Counted from the stretch's first letter, positions 50,301 to 59,298 are shown. The stretch: 64,000 bases of DNA from an uncultured Gemmatimonadales bacterium (GCA_963795085.1 CAWCFX010000001.1:1-64000), one strand, 5' to 3'. Notes: a model not told the origin generated them from the letters alone. Translations and numbers: made by a program.

Positions 50301-50346
50301 GGGCTCCCAGCAACAGCAGGAACAGCAGCAAACGTCGGATGGTCAT
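47320..50346 (-). CDS. SusC/RagA family TonB-dependent transporter
   Basis: Signal peptide; LVVVGYG; PLYVVDG; ILKDAAGAAIYGSRGSNGVVLITTKRG; NPDLKWE; YPLART. RBS GGAGG. Confidence 0.96.
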   Translation of the reverse strand: MTIRRLLLFLLLLGALPVLAQPAFAQTGTVRGTITDSAGGVPIDGAEISVVGTDIRTITRSSGTYALTGVPAGTQALRVRMVGYLASEREITVSATQEAVADFRLQHRVVRLDDLVVVGYGTMRRADLANAVSSVGGEQLDPSAASPDAGLMGNAAGVTVVQNAGNPGNGLTVRIRGSASVLASNQPLYVVDGIPMTSEALAQLDMGGQSITGVTGLSANDIASIDILKDAAGAAIYGSRGSNGVVLITTKRGVAGRTRATISSYIGTQAVSKRLDLLNSAQYLEYFNEAAENDGYGSDYFGVAGVDDQINTDWQDAVLRRAPLSNTELGLTGGDERMRYRLSGSYFDQNGIVIGSAYRRASGRANLDFGSIDRFSLSTSLGISGEVNDRIENDGSSTGIITNVVGNQPLVAVRRPDGEFSGLTDGLQYPNSVALASLNTAQARTLRIVGNAEARWNMRHGLLFTARGGVDLLNLRESQYESPRVEGTYAQSANGIAKSAYSNANRYVMESFLTYTPGLGERQSFQVTGGGALELNRGELNFIRGEGLTNDRFTQVRNATTPVTFDGSRNESNLISFFGRANYALRGKYLLGASLRGDGSSRFGANNKWGVFPAASAGWVLSEESFMAGSSTFEHLKIRTSLGLTGNQEIGNYSWQGTFFTSNYGSEGGLAPANLANPDLKWESTRQFNVGLDAEMFRGRIGFSIDYYRKLTRDMLLARPITTTSGFSSITDNVGNMENNGFEVQLETVNIERSRPGGFRWATSLNLAANRNEVTKLFNDEPFTAGIRSINRVEVGQPLGAFYALRFMGVDPQTGDAIYEDTDGDGSITADDRQIVGSPHPDYVGGLTNNLSYGRFDLSVFVTFSQGGEIFNAMRIFSGAGGYYEDNQFADQMDRWQQPGDVTEVPRASYDGTSNARVVSSRFVEDASYWRLQDLTLGYDVPLRIGGILGFEQARVYITGRNLITSSDYTGYDPDLNSNGSGANISLGSDFYAYPLARTWIFGIQAGW

Positions 50347-50383
50347 GAGATGCCTCCGGAGGGTGTACGGCATGCCGTGATCG

Positions 50384-51292
50384 TCATGGTGAATCGGTGG
50401 GTGAGGGAAGACGGGCCCGGCCGCGGGCCGGATCGAACCGGCTGCCGGGAGGGAGGACATGGGTGACCAGGCCGGAAACACCGAGCAGGGTCTGGTCCGG
50501 TGGAGTGATACGGGCCTGCCTGGCATCGTAGATGACCACCGATCCGAGGCCGACCACCAGCCAGGTGCCATCGGGGCCGACTTCCAGGGCGGTGCTTTCG
50601 TCAATGCCGACGCCCAGCAGGCCGGGGCGTTCCAGGACCACGCTCAACAGCCGGTTGTGGCGCTCCCGGGCGATGAAATGCTGGTCCACGACCGTGCCAG
50701 GAAGGAATCCGAACCCTGGAGCGATCTCGATGCTTGCCCGGGTGATGCTGGAGAAGGTGTCGCCGTAGTAACCACTGGTATCCGGGGGAGAACGGAGCTG
50801 GTTCCCGGTGATCATGGAGTCCGACATGATGGCGGCGCCCGCAGAGGTTCCGCCGACTACCGCTCCAGCCCGGTAGCGGGCCCGAATGGCACGAAGGACG
50901 GGCGTGCCCTGCAGGACCGCGGTGAGGCGGGCCTGGTCGCCGCCGGTAAACCAGATGCCGGTCGCCCCGGCCACCAGGGCTTCCGCCTGCTCCTGCAGCG
51001 CCTCCTCGCGGGTCACCAGGAGGACCGTGGCGGTCGCACCCAGCGCCTCCAGGTCGGCGGCCTTCTCGCGGCCCGCCTCCAGCGGTGCTCCGCTGGCCAG
51101 CGGCACCACCACGATGCGGGCCGATCCGGCGCCTCCGGCCAGCTGGACGAATCGGCTCACCATGGCCGGCGTTTGTCCGCCGCCGCCCACGATGAACAGG
51201 GAACCCTGGCCGGCTCCCTGGAATGAAAGCGCCGTGGCCGACAGCAGCAGGGTGGTAACGATCACGAGGGTCCCCCTGGCGCACGATGCCAC
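50384..51292 (-). CDS. cphB: Exported cyanophycinase (peptidase S51)
   Basis: Signal-like N-terminus; LFIVGGG; WFTGGDQARL; GGTSAGAAIMS (Ser); VDQHFIARERHNRL (His plus Arg pair); GVGIDEST (Glu). Confidence 0.88.
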   Translation of the reverse strand: MASCARGTLVIVTTLLLSATALSFQGAGQGSLFIVGGGGQTPAMVSRFVQLAGGAGSARIVVVPLASGAPLEAGREKAADLEALGATATVLLVTREEALQEQAEALVAGATGIWFTGGDQARLTAVLQGTPVLRAIRARYRAGAVVGGTSAGAAIMSDSMITGNQLRSPPDTSGYYGDTFSSITRASIEIAPGFGFLPGTVVDQHFIARERHNRLLSVVLERPGLLGVGIDESTALEVGPDGTWLVVGLGSVVIYDARQARITPPDQTLLGVSGLVTHVLPPGSRFDPARGRARLPSPTDSP

Positions 51293-52062
51293 CCGGCGCC
51301 CAGGCTCCGGGACACCCGCCCGGCTGCCTCGCCGAGCAGCCGGGCCATGCGGGTTATCGCCTCGGGGCCGAACCGGGCGGCGGGGCCGCCCACGCTCATG
51401 GCCGCGATCACCTGCGCCTCGTGGTTCCGAACCGCCGCGCCCAGCGCCACGTACCCCATCTCCAGCTCTTCGATCGCCGTGGCGTACCCGCGCTCAAGCA
51501 CCGCGGCCAGCTCGGTGCCCAGCCGGGCCTGGCTGGTGATGGTATTCGGCGTGAGCCGGGCCAGCCTGAATCCGGCGGGCCGCTCGGGGCCGAGCGCGGC
51601 CAGGAGGACCTTCCCGGTGGAAGTGGCGTGGGCCGGCCAGCGGCTCCCCACGATGGGCGCCGGGCTGAGCTTGTGCCGGCCCTGGACCTCGTCGAGCACC
51701 AGTACGTCGGTGCCGGCGAGGATCTCGAGGCTGGTGGTTTCCCCGGTCACCCGGGCCAGCTCGACCAGCTCGGCATGCGCGACCCGCTGGAGCGTGTTCG
51801 TTCGCTGCGCCAGCGATCCCAGTTCAATGGCCCTCGGCCCCAGGTGGAAAGTCCCGGTGGTGCGGTTGCGGACCACCAGCCCCTCGCGCTCCAGGGCGGT
51901 CAGGATCCGGAGCGCGGTGCTCCGGGTAAGCGAGACCGAGCGGGCGACATCGGCCAGCGCCCACTCGGGCGCCGCGTCGCTGAAGACGCGCAGGATGCCA
52001 AACGCCCGGGTGAGCGCTTGAGTGCCCTGCTGGGGTCGAGACAATGTGGCACGGATGTTCAC
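51262..52062 (-). CDS. IclR family transcriptional regulator
   Basis: QALTRAFGIL...HTH; HATSTGKVLLA; RGYA..EELE.G; AAMSVGGP. Confidence 0.93.
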   Translation of the reverse strand: MNIRATLSRPQQGTQALTRAFGILRVFSDAAPEWALADVARSVSLTRSTALRILTALEREGLVVRNRTTGTFHLGPRAIELGSLAQRTNTLQRVAHAELVELARVTGETTSLEILAGTDVLVLDEVQGRHKLSPAPIVGSRWPAHATSTGKVLLAALGPERPAGFRLARLTPNTITSQARLGTELAAVLERGYATAIEELEMGYVALGAAVRNHEAQVIAAMSVGGPAARFGPEAITRMARLLGEAAGRVSRSLGAGWHRAPGGPS

Positions 52063-52139
52063 TATATGGATAATGTCGGGCTCGACAGAGATGCCGTCAA
52101 GACCCTAAGTTCCGGAGCCTCTTATCTTTTCCGGTACCG

Positions 52140-52796
52140 ATGCCGCGAATCTTCTTCTGGGATGCCGACACCCAGCACGACTTCATGCACGCCGACGGCC
52201 GGCTCTACGTCCCCGGCAGCCAGGAGATCATCCCCGCGCTGGCCGGCCTGACCCGGTACGCGCACGACCGCGGCATCCGGATCATCGCGACCGCCGAGGA
52301 TCATCTGGCGGGCCACCGGGAACTGAGCGATCAGCCCGACTACGTGGAGACCTTTCCTCCCCACTGCATGCGGGGCACCCCGGGACAGGCCAGGATCCCG
52401 GAGACGGCGCTGCGGAACCCGCTGGTCCTGGAACCCGAGATCAGCGCCGCCGCGGCCGCCGACCGGGCGCCCGGCCACGACGGCGACCTCCTGTTCCACA
52501 AGCACTGGTTTGATCCCTTCACTAATCCTCACCTGCTGCCGGTTCTGCGGGCGCTCGATCCCGACGTGATCGTGATGTACGGCGTGGCCCAGGACACGAG
52601 CGCCCGGCATGCGGTGGAGGGCCTCGCCCGCCACCGGCCGCACACCCGCCTGTATTTCGTGGTGGATGCCTCCCGCGCCCTGCGGCCGGAGGTCGGAGAG
52701 CACCTGCTCAAGGAGTGGGCGGAAGAGGGCGTCCGGCTGGTTCGGGCCGCCGAGATCCTCGAGGATGGTATCCTGGGCCGGTACCTGGATGCCTGA
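52140..52796 (+). CDS. Isochorismatase/nicotinamidase (PncA-like) family protein
   Basis: WDADTQHDF; EDH; FPPHC..GTPG; GVAQDTS. Confidence 0.88.
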   Translation: MPRIFFWDADTQHDFMHADGRLYVPGSQEIIPALAGLTRYAHDRGIRIIATAEDHLAGHRELSDQPDYVETFPPHCMRGTPGQARIPETALRNPLVLEPEISAAAAADRAPGHDGDLLFHKHWFDPFTNPHLLPVLRALDPDVIVMYGVAQDTSARHAVEGLARHRPHTRLYFVVDASRALRPEVGEHLLKEWAEEGVRLVRAAEILEDGILGRYLDA

Positions 52797-53844
52797 ACCG
52801 GCCATCCGCGGCTTTCTCCCCGATATCGCCGATGATGCCGGGCCTGCCGGTGTGCCACGGGCCGAGCCCCTCGCGCTGCAGGCCCTGCTGCGAGACCTCT
52901 TTCGGACCACCCGCCCGGTAGCGCTGGTGCCCGCCTCCTCCGGGGGCATGATGGAAGCCGCTATCCGAAACGGCGTCCAGGAGCGGGTCCTGGTAGTGAT
53001 CGGCGGAGAAGACGGCGCCCGCTTCGCCGGCGTAGCGGAGTCCTGCGGCAAGGACGTAGTCCGGGCCATGGTGCCGCCGGGACGGACCCTGGAAGCCGAG
53101 CACCTGGCCCAGTTTCTCGACGGGCCCGAAGTGGACGCGGTCGCGCTGGTGCATGCGGAGACCTCAACTGGCGCGCTGGCCCCGCTGAGCGACTTGGCGC
53201 GGGTGGTGCACGCCCGGAAGGACGTTCACCTCCTGGTAGATACCACAGGCTCCCTTGGGGCCTCTCCGGTGGAGACCGACGGGTGGCAGCTCGACTTCGC
53301 CTTTTCATCGTCCGAGAAGGGCCTGGCCCTGCCACCCGGACTCGGGCTGGGCGTTGCCAGCAGCCGGCTGCTCGCCCGGGCGGCGAACCTCCCCGGCCGG
53401 GGCCGCTACTTTGACCTCGTTCGCCTCTCCCAGGCGGCTGGCGAAACCGGGTTTCCCGAGATCCTGCCCCACACGGACGCGCTGGCCGCCCGGCTGGAAC
53501 AGATCCGGGCCAGCGGAGGCTTGGAGGCCCGCTGGAAGCGCCACCACGAGATGCTCAACCTGGTCGAGGAGTGGGTTCTGCTCCGACCCCCGTTCCAGCT
53601 GCTCGCGCCGGAGGGCCGGCGATCGTGGTCGGTGTCGTGCCTGCGGCTCCCGCCGGGGCTGGTGGGCGACGAAGTCGTGCAGGCCATGCGGGCAAAAGGG
53701 TGGCGCATCGGGACGGGATGGGGGGATTTGCGGATCTCAACCCTCCGAATCGGCCACATGGGAGAAGCCACACCGGCTGACCTCAGCCATCTCCTGAGCG
53801 ACCTGGGTGAGGTCACGGCCGCGAAACTCGCGCCCAGTATGTGA
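52789..53844 (+). CDS. Class V PLP aminotransferase (alanine-glyoxylate/serine-pyruvate-like)
   Basis: MEAAIRN; VHAETSTG; LVDTTGSLG; SSEKGLALPPGL; LRIGHMG. Confidence 0.88.
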   Translation: MPEPAIRGFLPDIADDAGPAGVPRAEPLALQALLRDLFRTTRPVALVPASSGGMMEAAIRNGVQERVLVVIGGEDGARFAGVAESCGKDVVRAMVPPGRTLEAEHLAQFLDGPEVDAVALVHAETSTGALAPLSDLARVVHARKDVHLLVDTTGSLGASPVETDGWQLDFAFSSSEKGLALPPGLGLGVASSRLLARAANLPGRGRYFDLVRLSQAAGETGFPEILPHTDALAARLEQIRASGGLEARWKRHHEMLNLVEEWVLLRPPFQLLAPEGRRSWSVSCLRLPPGLVGDEVVQAMRAKGWRIGTGWGDLRISTLRIGHMGEATPADLSHLLSDLGEVTAAKLAPSM

Positions 53845-53881
53845 CATTCTTCACAGCCGGGGGTGGGGGCCGCCCTATCTT
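53840..53881 (+). promoter_or_regulatory. CRP/FNR-family box plus -10 element (promoter 1)
   Basis: Perfect TGTGA-N6-TCACA at 53840-53855; TATCTT at 53876-53881. Confidence 0.6.
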
Positions 53882-53884
53882 AGC

Positions 53885-54040
53885 GAAAGAGCTCTGACGG
53901 CGTTTCCGCAAAGATGCCAGGGCATCGAGAGTAAACGCGGCTTTCGACCCAGGTAGTGCCGTCGGGTTCTTTCCCCTCACACCTCCAGTCAGTACAATCC
54001 TCGCTCCTTCCTTCCGACGAACCGGGCTCGCGTTGGCCCG
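53885..54040 (+). ncRNA. Putative structured small RNA 1
   Basis: G-U-containing stem 53885-53902 / 53957-53973 begins at the predicted TSS, followed by CU-rich single-stranded tracts and a hairpin. Confidence 0.4.
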
Positions 54041-54064
54041 TTTCGGCCGCCCGGCCTCCGGCAA

Positions 54065-54107
54065 TGTGATCCAGTTCACCGCAGGCGCCCCGGCAATGCG
54101 GCATCTT
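54065..54107 (+). promoter_or_regulatory. CRP/FNR-family box plus -10 element (promoter 2)
   Basis: TGTGA-TCCAGT-TCACC at 54065-54080; CATCTT at 54102-54107, nearly the same spacing as promoter 1. Confidence 0.55.
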
Positions 54108-54112
54108 CCGTC

Positions 54113-54283
54113 ACCGAGATAGGCGCAGGGTGGCCGAGAGAGACTACCTGCACTGCCTCCCCACGAGGCGAAGCGCCAGTCTCTTCACATAGATGGACGG
54201 CCGTTGTACGAGATCACTAGCGAAAACGCCGGGCGCCCCCCGCCCACGTTCCAGCTACTCCCGTACAACGGCCGTCTTTTTTT
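54113..54283 (+). ncRNA. Putative structured small RNA 2 ending in an intrinsic terminator
   Basis: Hairpin GCCTC-CCCAC-GAGGC inside a GAGACT/AGTCTC stem; perfect 15 bp stem 54196-54210 / 54262-54276 followed by T7. Confidence 0.45.
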
Positions 54284-54303
54284 CATCCATTCCCTGACGC
54301 CGG

Positions 54304-55617
54304 CTACCGCTTCTCTTTTCCATTACCGGCCAGCTTGAACCGCTGGACCGACGTGGTCAGCTTTCCGCTGGCGGTGGCCAACTGGGTCGCCGAGTGGGCG
54401 ATCTCCACCGTGGAGGCGCTCAGCTCCTGGGCGGAGGCCGCGATCTCTTCGGCGGCGGCCGCAAACTCCTCGGTTCCCTCGGTGACCCCACTCATCCGGT
54501 TGGCGATCCCGTCCACCAGCTGGCGCACTTCGCCGGCGGAGGTCGAGATCTGGCGGGTCCACAGGTCGTTGGCCTCGGCTTCACTCGCGACCTGGCTTAA
54601 CCCGAGGACGGCGGTGTTGGCGGCGTCCCGGGCGGCCGCTCCGCCCTGGCCCAGCCGGAGCAGCCGGTCGCGGGCCGTCTTTACCCGGGCTTGCACCAGG
54701 TCGACCGTCTGGCTGGTCGTGGTGGCCGCCTGGGCGGCCTGCCCCGCCAGCTTGCGCACCTCTTCGGCGACCACCGCGAATCCCCGCCCCTCGGAGCCGG
54801 CCCGGGCGGCCTCGATGCCGGCGTTGAGCGCGAGCATGTGAGTCTGCCGGGCGATGGCCTTGGTCTGGGCCACGAATTTTTCGATCTCTTCCGATGCGGT
54901 GGCGAGGGCTTCCGCCTCGGTGGCCCCCAGCTCGATCTCCTCGGTGAGACTGCGCAGCTGGAGGGAACTGGCGTTCAACTGGTCCTGGTGGGACCGGGCA
55001 GTGCGCGCGAGCGAGGCGTTCCGGTCGGCGGCCTCCCGGGCGCCCTCGGCGAGTGTGCGGGCGATGGTGAGGATCCGGGCGGCGTCCTGGGCGGCCTCCC
55101 GCACCAGGGCCGCCTGCTTGTTGGCCCGGTCGGTCAGGTCCCCACAGGTTCCCGCGACCTCCTGGGTGGAGGCGCTCATCTGCTGGGTCGAGGCGGAAAT
55201 CTGGGTGGCCAGCGTCACGGCATCGCCGGCCGAGGTTCTGATGGACTCGACCAGCCCCCGCAGTTCGGAAACCATGAAGTTCACGCCGTCCACCAGGGTG
55301 AGCACTTCGCCGCTGGCCTGGTGCACCGCCACCCTGTCCCGGGTCAGGTCGCCCTGGGCGACGTCGCCCACGGTGGCGTCCAGCGTGACCAGCGGCTGGA
55401 CCACCCGCCGCTTCAGCCGGAGGACGATGTAGGCGAGGGTGATCCCCATGATCCCGCCGATCAGCAGGAGCTGTCTCCAGCTTCGGGTCACCAGGCTCAG
55501 CGGGGTCATCCCCAGCGCCTGGCTGAAAAGCAGGATGACGAGTACGAGGAATACCAGGGTCGCTCCGACCGCCAGCAGCGACATCATGCGAATCAGGGAG
55601 TAGCTCTTCTTAGCCAT
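54304..55617 (-). CDS. Methyl-accepting chemotaxis protein (2 TM, HAMP, signalling domain)
   Basis: [37 protein letters not shown]. Confidence 0.95.
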   Translation of the reverse strand: MAKKSYSLIRMMSLLAVGATLVFLVLVILLFSQALGMTPLSLVTRSWRQLLLIGGIMGITLAYIVLRLKRRVVQPLVTLDATVGDVAQGDLTRDRVAVHQASGEVLTLVDGVNFMVSELRGLVESIRTSAGDAVTLATQISASTQQMSASTQEVAGTCGDLTDRANKQAALVREAAQDAARILTIARTLAEGAREAADRNASLARTARSHQDQLNASSLQLRSLTEEIELGATEAEALATASEEIEKFVAQTKAIARQTHMLALNAGIEAARAGSEGRGFAVVAEEVRKLAGQAAQAATTTSQTVDLVQARVKTARDRLLRLGQGGAAARDAANTAVLGLSQVASEAEANDLWTRQISTSAGEVRQLVDGIANRMSGVTEGTEEFAAAAEEIAASAQELSASTVEIAHSATQLATASGKLTTSVQRFKLAGNGKEKR

Positions 55618-55724
55618 TGACCGGTTCGGGGAGGATGGCGGAAGCTAGAAGAACGGGGGCAAGCGGGCCAGTGGCCCGGAAGGCCGCGCTGCCGCCCTGC
55701 CCGCGGGCCGTCTAGATTCCCGGC

Positions 55725-58163
55725 ATGTCCGAAGCGATTTATCAGCCCGATGCCGTCGAGGCCAAGTGGCAGGCCCGCTGGGCGGAGCGGCGCACCAACG
55801 AGCCCGATCTGGCCGGGGCGGCACGGCCTTTCTACAACCTCATGATGTTTCCCTATCCCTCCGCGGAGGGGCTGCACGTGGGGAACATGTTCGCCTTTAC
55901 CGGCAGCGATATCTACGGCCGGTTCAAGCGGCTGCAGGGCTACCAGGTCTTCGAGCCGATCGGGTTCGATGCTTTCGGCATCCACTCCGAGAACTTCGCC
56001 ATCAAGCAGGGCATTCATCCCGGCGAGCTGATCCCCCGGAACATCACGACCTTCCGGCGGCAGCTGCGGCGCATCGGGGGCATGTTCGACTGGCGGCACG
56101 AACTGTCCACCACGGATCCCGGGTACTACCGCTGGACCCAGTGGATTTTCCTGCAGCTGTTCAAGCATGGCAAGGCCTACAAGAAACGGGGCGCCGTCAA
56201 CTGGTGCCCCGAGTGCAAGACCGTCCTGGCCAATGAACAGGTCATCAATGGCTTCTGCGAACGCCATCCGGAGACCCGGGTGGAGCAGCGGTTGCTGGAG
56301 CAGTGGTTCTTCCGGATCAGCGAGTATGCGCCCCGGCTGCTCGACAACCTGGACCGGCTCGACTGGTCGGACAGCACCCGGCAGGCCCAGCGAAACTGGC
56401 TGGGCCGCTCCGAAGGCGCCCAGGTCGTGTTCGAGGCGACGGACCCCGCGGGCTCCGGGGTGCCCCTGGACGTGTTCACCACCCGGCCCGATACCATTTT
56501 TGGGGCCACCTACCTCGTGCTGGCCCCGGAGCATCCCGCCGTCACGGGCCTGACCGGGCCGGCGCAGGCGGCCGCCGTGCGCGCCTATCTCGAGCGCACC
56601 GCCGGGATGGACCTGGTGACCAGGAAAACGGTCAAGGAAAAGACCGGCGAGTTTCTCGGTACTTACGCCATCAACCCGGCCACCGGGCACCGTATCCCGG
56701 TGTGGATCGCCGACTACGTCCTGACCGATTACGGCACCGGGGCCATCATGGCCGTGCCGGGCCACGATGAACGCGACTTCGAGTTCGCCCGGAAGTTTGG
56801 TCTCCCGGTTACCCGGGTGGTCGCCGGGCCGGGCCAGGACGGGGGCACCCCGCTCGAGGAGCCGTACACCGATGCCGAGGGAGTGCTGGTGAACTCGGGC
56901 AGCCTGGACGGCATGCCGGTCCCGGAGGCAATCCGGGCGGCGGTGGCCATGCTGGCGGCAAGGGGAGCCGGGCGGGGCGTGGTCAACTACAGGCTTCACG
57001 ATTGGTGCATCTCCCGGCAGCGCTACTGGGGCCCGCCCATCCCGATCATCTATTGCGATCGCTGCGGGACCGTACCGGTGCCGGAACGCGACCTGCCGGT
57101 CATCCTCCCCCCGATCGACGACTTCCGCCCTGACGATACCGGCGTCTCGCCCCTCGCCCGGCACGAAGAGTGGTACTACGTGCCCTGCCCCGCCTGCGGC
57201 GAGCGGGCCCGCCGGGAGACCGATGTTTCCGACACCTTCCTGGATTCCTCGTGGTACTACCTGCGGTATCCGAGCACCGAGTTCGCGGACCGGCCGTTCG
57301 ACCCGGCGCTGTCCCGGAAATGGCTCCCGGTCGCGACCTATATCGGGGGCAACGAGCACGCGGTGCTCCACCTGCTCTATTCCCGGTTCATCGCGATGGT
57401 GCTGCAGGAGGCGGGGCTGGTGGAGTTCGAAGAGCCGTTCACCCGGTTCCGGGCCCACGGTACGATCGTGAAAGATGGCGCCAAGATGTCCAAGTCGCGG
57501 GGCAACGTGGTGGTACCCGACGAGTACATCAACCGCTGGGGCGCCGACACCTTCCGCATGTACCTCATGTCGCTGGGCCCCTTCCAGGAGGGTGGCGATT
57601 TCCGGGACGCGGGGATCAGCGGGCCCCGCCGGTTCCTGGACAAGGTCTGGCAGCTGGTCTCGGAAACGCTGGCGACCGATGCCTGCGGTGAGATCACCCA
57701 CCGGGTGCTGGTCAAGTGGCATCGGACCAAGGCCAAGGTGGCCGAGGACATGGAGGAGCTCAAGTACAACACCGCCATCGCGGCGATGATGGAGCTGGTC
57801 AACGCCCTCCGGGAGGAAAACTGCTGTGAGCGGCAGATCGTGGAAGACCTGGTCGTGATGCTGGCGCCGATTACGCCCCACTTCGCCGAGGAGAACTGGG
57901 AGCGGCTCGGCCACGGCGGATCGGTGTTCGAGGCCCGCTGGCCCGGGTGGGATTCCGCACTGCTGGTGGAGGGGACGGTAGAGGTGGTGGTCCAGGTGGG
58001 AGGCAAGACCCGCAGCAAGGTCTCGGTGCCGCGCAACGCGGGGCAGGACGAGGTGCTCGCCGCCGCCCTCGGCGACGAGGCCACCCGCCGGTTTACGGAT
58101 GGCAGGTCGACCCGGAAAGTCGTCTATGTCCCCAACCGCTTGATCAACATCGTGGTCCAGTAG
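55725..58163 (+). CDS. leuS: Leucine--tRNA ligase
   Basis: MFPYPS..LHVGN; FTTRPDT; YGTGAIMAVPGHDERD; DWCISRQRYWG; KMSKS. Confidence 0.98.
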   Translation: MSEAIYQPDAVEAKWQARWAERRTNEPDLAGAARPFYNLMMFPYPSAEGLHVGNMFAFTGSDIYGRFKRLQGYQVFEPIGFDAFGIHSENFAIKQGIHPGELIPRNITTFRRQLRRIGGMFDWRHELSTTDPGYYRWTQWIFLQLFKHGKAYKKRGAVNWCPECKTVLANEQVINGFCERHPETRVEQRLLEQWFFRISEYAPRLLDNLDRLDWSDSTRQAQRNWLGRSEGAQVVFEATDPAGSGVPLDVFTTRPDTIFGATYLVLAPEHPAVTGLTGPAQAAAVRAYLERTAGMDLVTRKTVKEKTGEFLGTYAINPATGHRIPVWIADYVLTDYGTGAIMAVPGHDERDFEFARKFGLPVTRVVAGPGQDGGTPLEEPYTDAEGVLVNSGSLDGMPVPEAIRAAVAMLAARGAGRGVVNYRLHDWCISRQRYWGPPIPIIYCDRCGTVPVPERDLPVILPPIDDFRPDDTGVSPLARHEEWYYVPCPACGERARRETDVSDTFLDSSWYYLRYPSTEFADRPFDPALSRKWLPVATYIGGNEHAVLHLLYSRFIAMVLQEAGLVEFEEPFTRFRAHGTIVKDGAKMSKSRGNVVVPDEYINRWGADTFRMYLMSLGPFQEGGDFRDAGISGPRRFLDKVWQLVSETLATDACGEITHRVLVKWHRTKAKVAEDMEELKYNTAIAAMMELVNALREENCCERQIVEDLVVMLAPITPHFAEENWERLGHGGSVFEARWPGWDSALLVEGTVEVVVQVGGKTRSKVSVPRNAGQDEVLAAALGDEATRRFTDGRSTRKVVYVPNRLINIVVQ

Positions 58164-58176
58164 CCGGGCGGGCCGG

Positions 58177-59298
58177 CTACAGCAGCTTCACCAGCCACTC
58201 ACCGACGAAGTACCCCACGATCGCCACACCGAGACCCACGATGAACATATCCATGCCGCTCTTGATGACGCCGCGCCCGGTGAAGAAGCTGCGCGCGGCG
58301 CCCACGCCGAAGTGGGAGAGCATGGAGATGGCGAAGGACGTCCAGATTGCCGACGGGCCCGTCAGGAACAGGAACGGCGCGACGGGAATGAACGCGCCGA
58401 AGGCGGTCGCGGTCCCGGTGATCCATGCTTCCCGCAGCGGGGTGGAACTGGCCTCGCCGATCTTGAGTTCCTCGCGGACTTTCTCCTCGAGGGCCCGGTC
58501 GGGATCGGTCATCACCGAGGTCGCCAGCGCCGAGGCCTGTTCCTCCGGAATCCCCTTGGCCTGGTAGAGCAGGGAAAGCTCTTCGCGTTCGATTTCCGGC
58601 ATCAGCCGGATCTCTTCCTTTTCCATCGCGATTTCGTGCTCGAACACCTCCCGCTCGCTCTTGGCGGCGAGGTAGCCCGAGGACCCCATCGACAGGGCAT
58701 CGGCGACCATGCCGGCGACCCCGGCCACCATGACGGCGTGGCCGGTGGTGCCGAGCGACTCCTGAGCGCCGATCATCCCGGCCACCAGCCCGAAATTGGC
58801 CGTGAGACCGTCGTTGAATCCGTACACCACGTTCCGGAGGAAGCCGCCGGCCCCGGTCTTGTGCCAGGGTTCGCTGCTCGCGCCGCTCAGCCCCGCCAGC
58901 GACTCGGCGTGCTGGGCCGATTCCCGGGCCAGGGTGAGCGCGGTCGGCGCGACGGCGCTTTCCGGAGACTGCCGATAGAGGCTGAGGTAACTCTTGACCT
59001 CCCGCCCCTCCTCTTCGAGCAGCATGGGAAGCACCGACCGAACGCCGAACTTCCGGGCGATCCAGATAGTGGTACGCGCCCTGAGGCTGGGACGATGATC
59101 GGGGACCGCATGGCCATGTTCCCGCAGCAGTTGCGCCCACATGGCGACATGGCGGTCCTCGACATCCGAGAGACGGCGGTAGATGTCTGCCCGCTTCGGG
59201 TCCGGCTCGGCGGCCGCTAGTTCCCGATACAGGAACGAAGCGTCAGCTTCGTCGGCAAAGTGATGCAGCCAGTTTGATGGGGCGGGAGACGGGGCCAT
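58177..59298 (-). CDS. VIT1/CCC1 transporter with N-terminal ferritin/rubrerythrin-like domain
   Basis: DE...LY...EDRH helices; LRNVVYGFNDGLTANFGLVAG; ALSMGSSGYLA. Confidence 0.9.
   Translation of the reverse strand: MAPSPAPSNWLHHFADEADASFLYRELAAAEPDPKRADIYRRLSDVEDRHVAMWAQLLREHGHAVPDHRPSLRARTTIWIARKFGVRSVLPMLLEEEGREVKSYLSLYRQSPESAVAPTALTLARESAQHAESLAGLSGASSEPWHKTGAGGFLRNVVYGFNDGLTANFGLVAGMIGAQESLGTTGHAVMVAGVAGMVADALSMGSSGYLAAKSEREVFEHEIAMEKEEIRLMPEIEREELSLLYQAKGIPEEQASALATSVMTDPDRALEEKVREELKIGEASSTPLREAWITGTATAFGAFIPVAPFLFLTGPSAIWTSFAISMLSHFGVGAARSFFTGRGVIKSGMDMFIVGLGVAIVGYFVGEWLVKLL

Noticed and set aside
53850..54300. tRNA, tmRNA, SRP, RNase P or a known riboswitch
   Set aside because: No cloverleaf, T-loop or other hallmark motifs recognised, and no downstream co-oriented gene for a riboswitch. 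An Rfam search is still needed.
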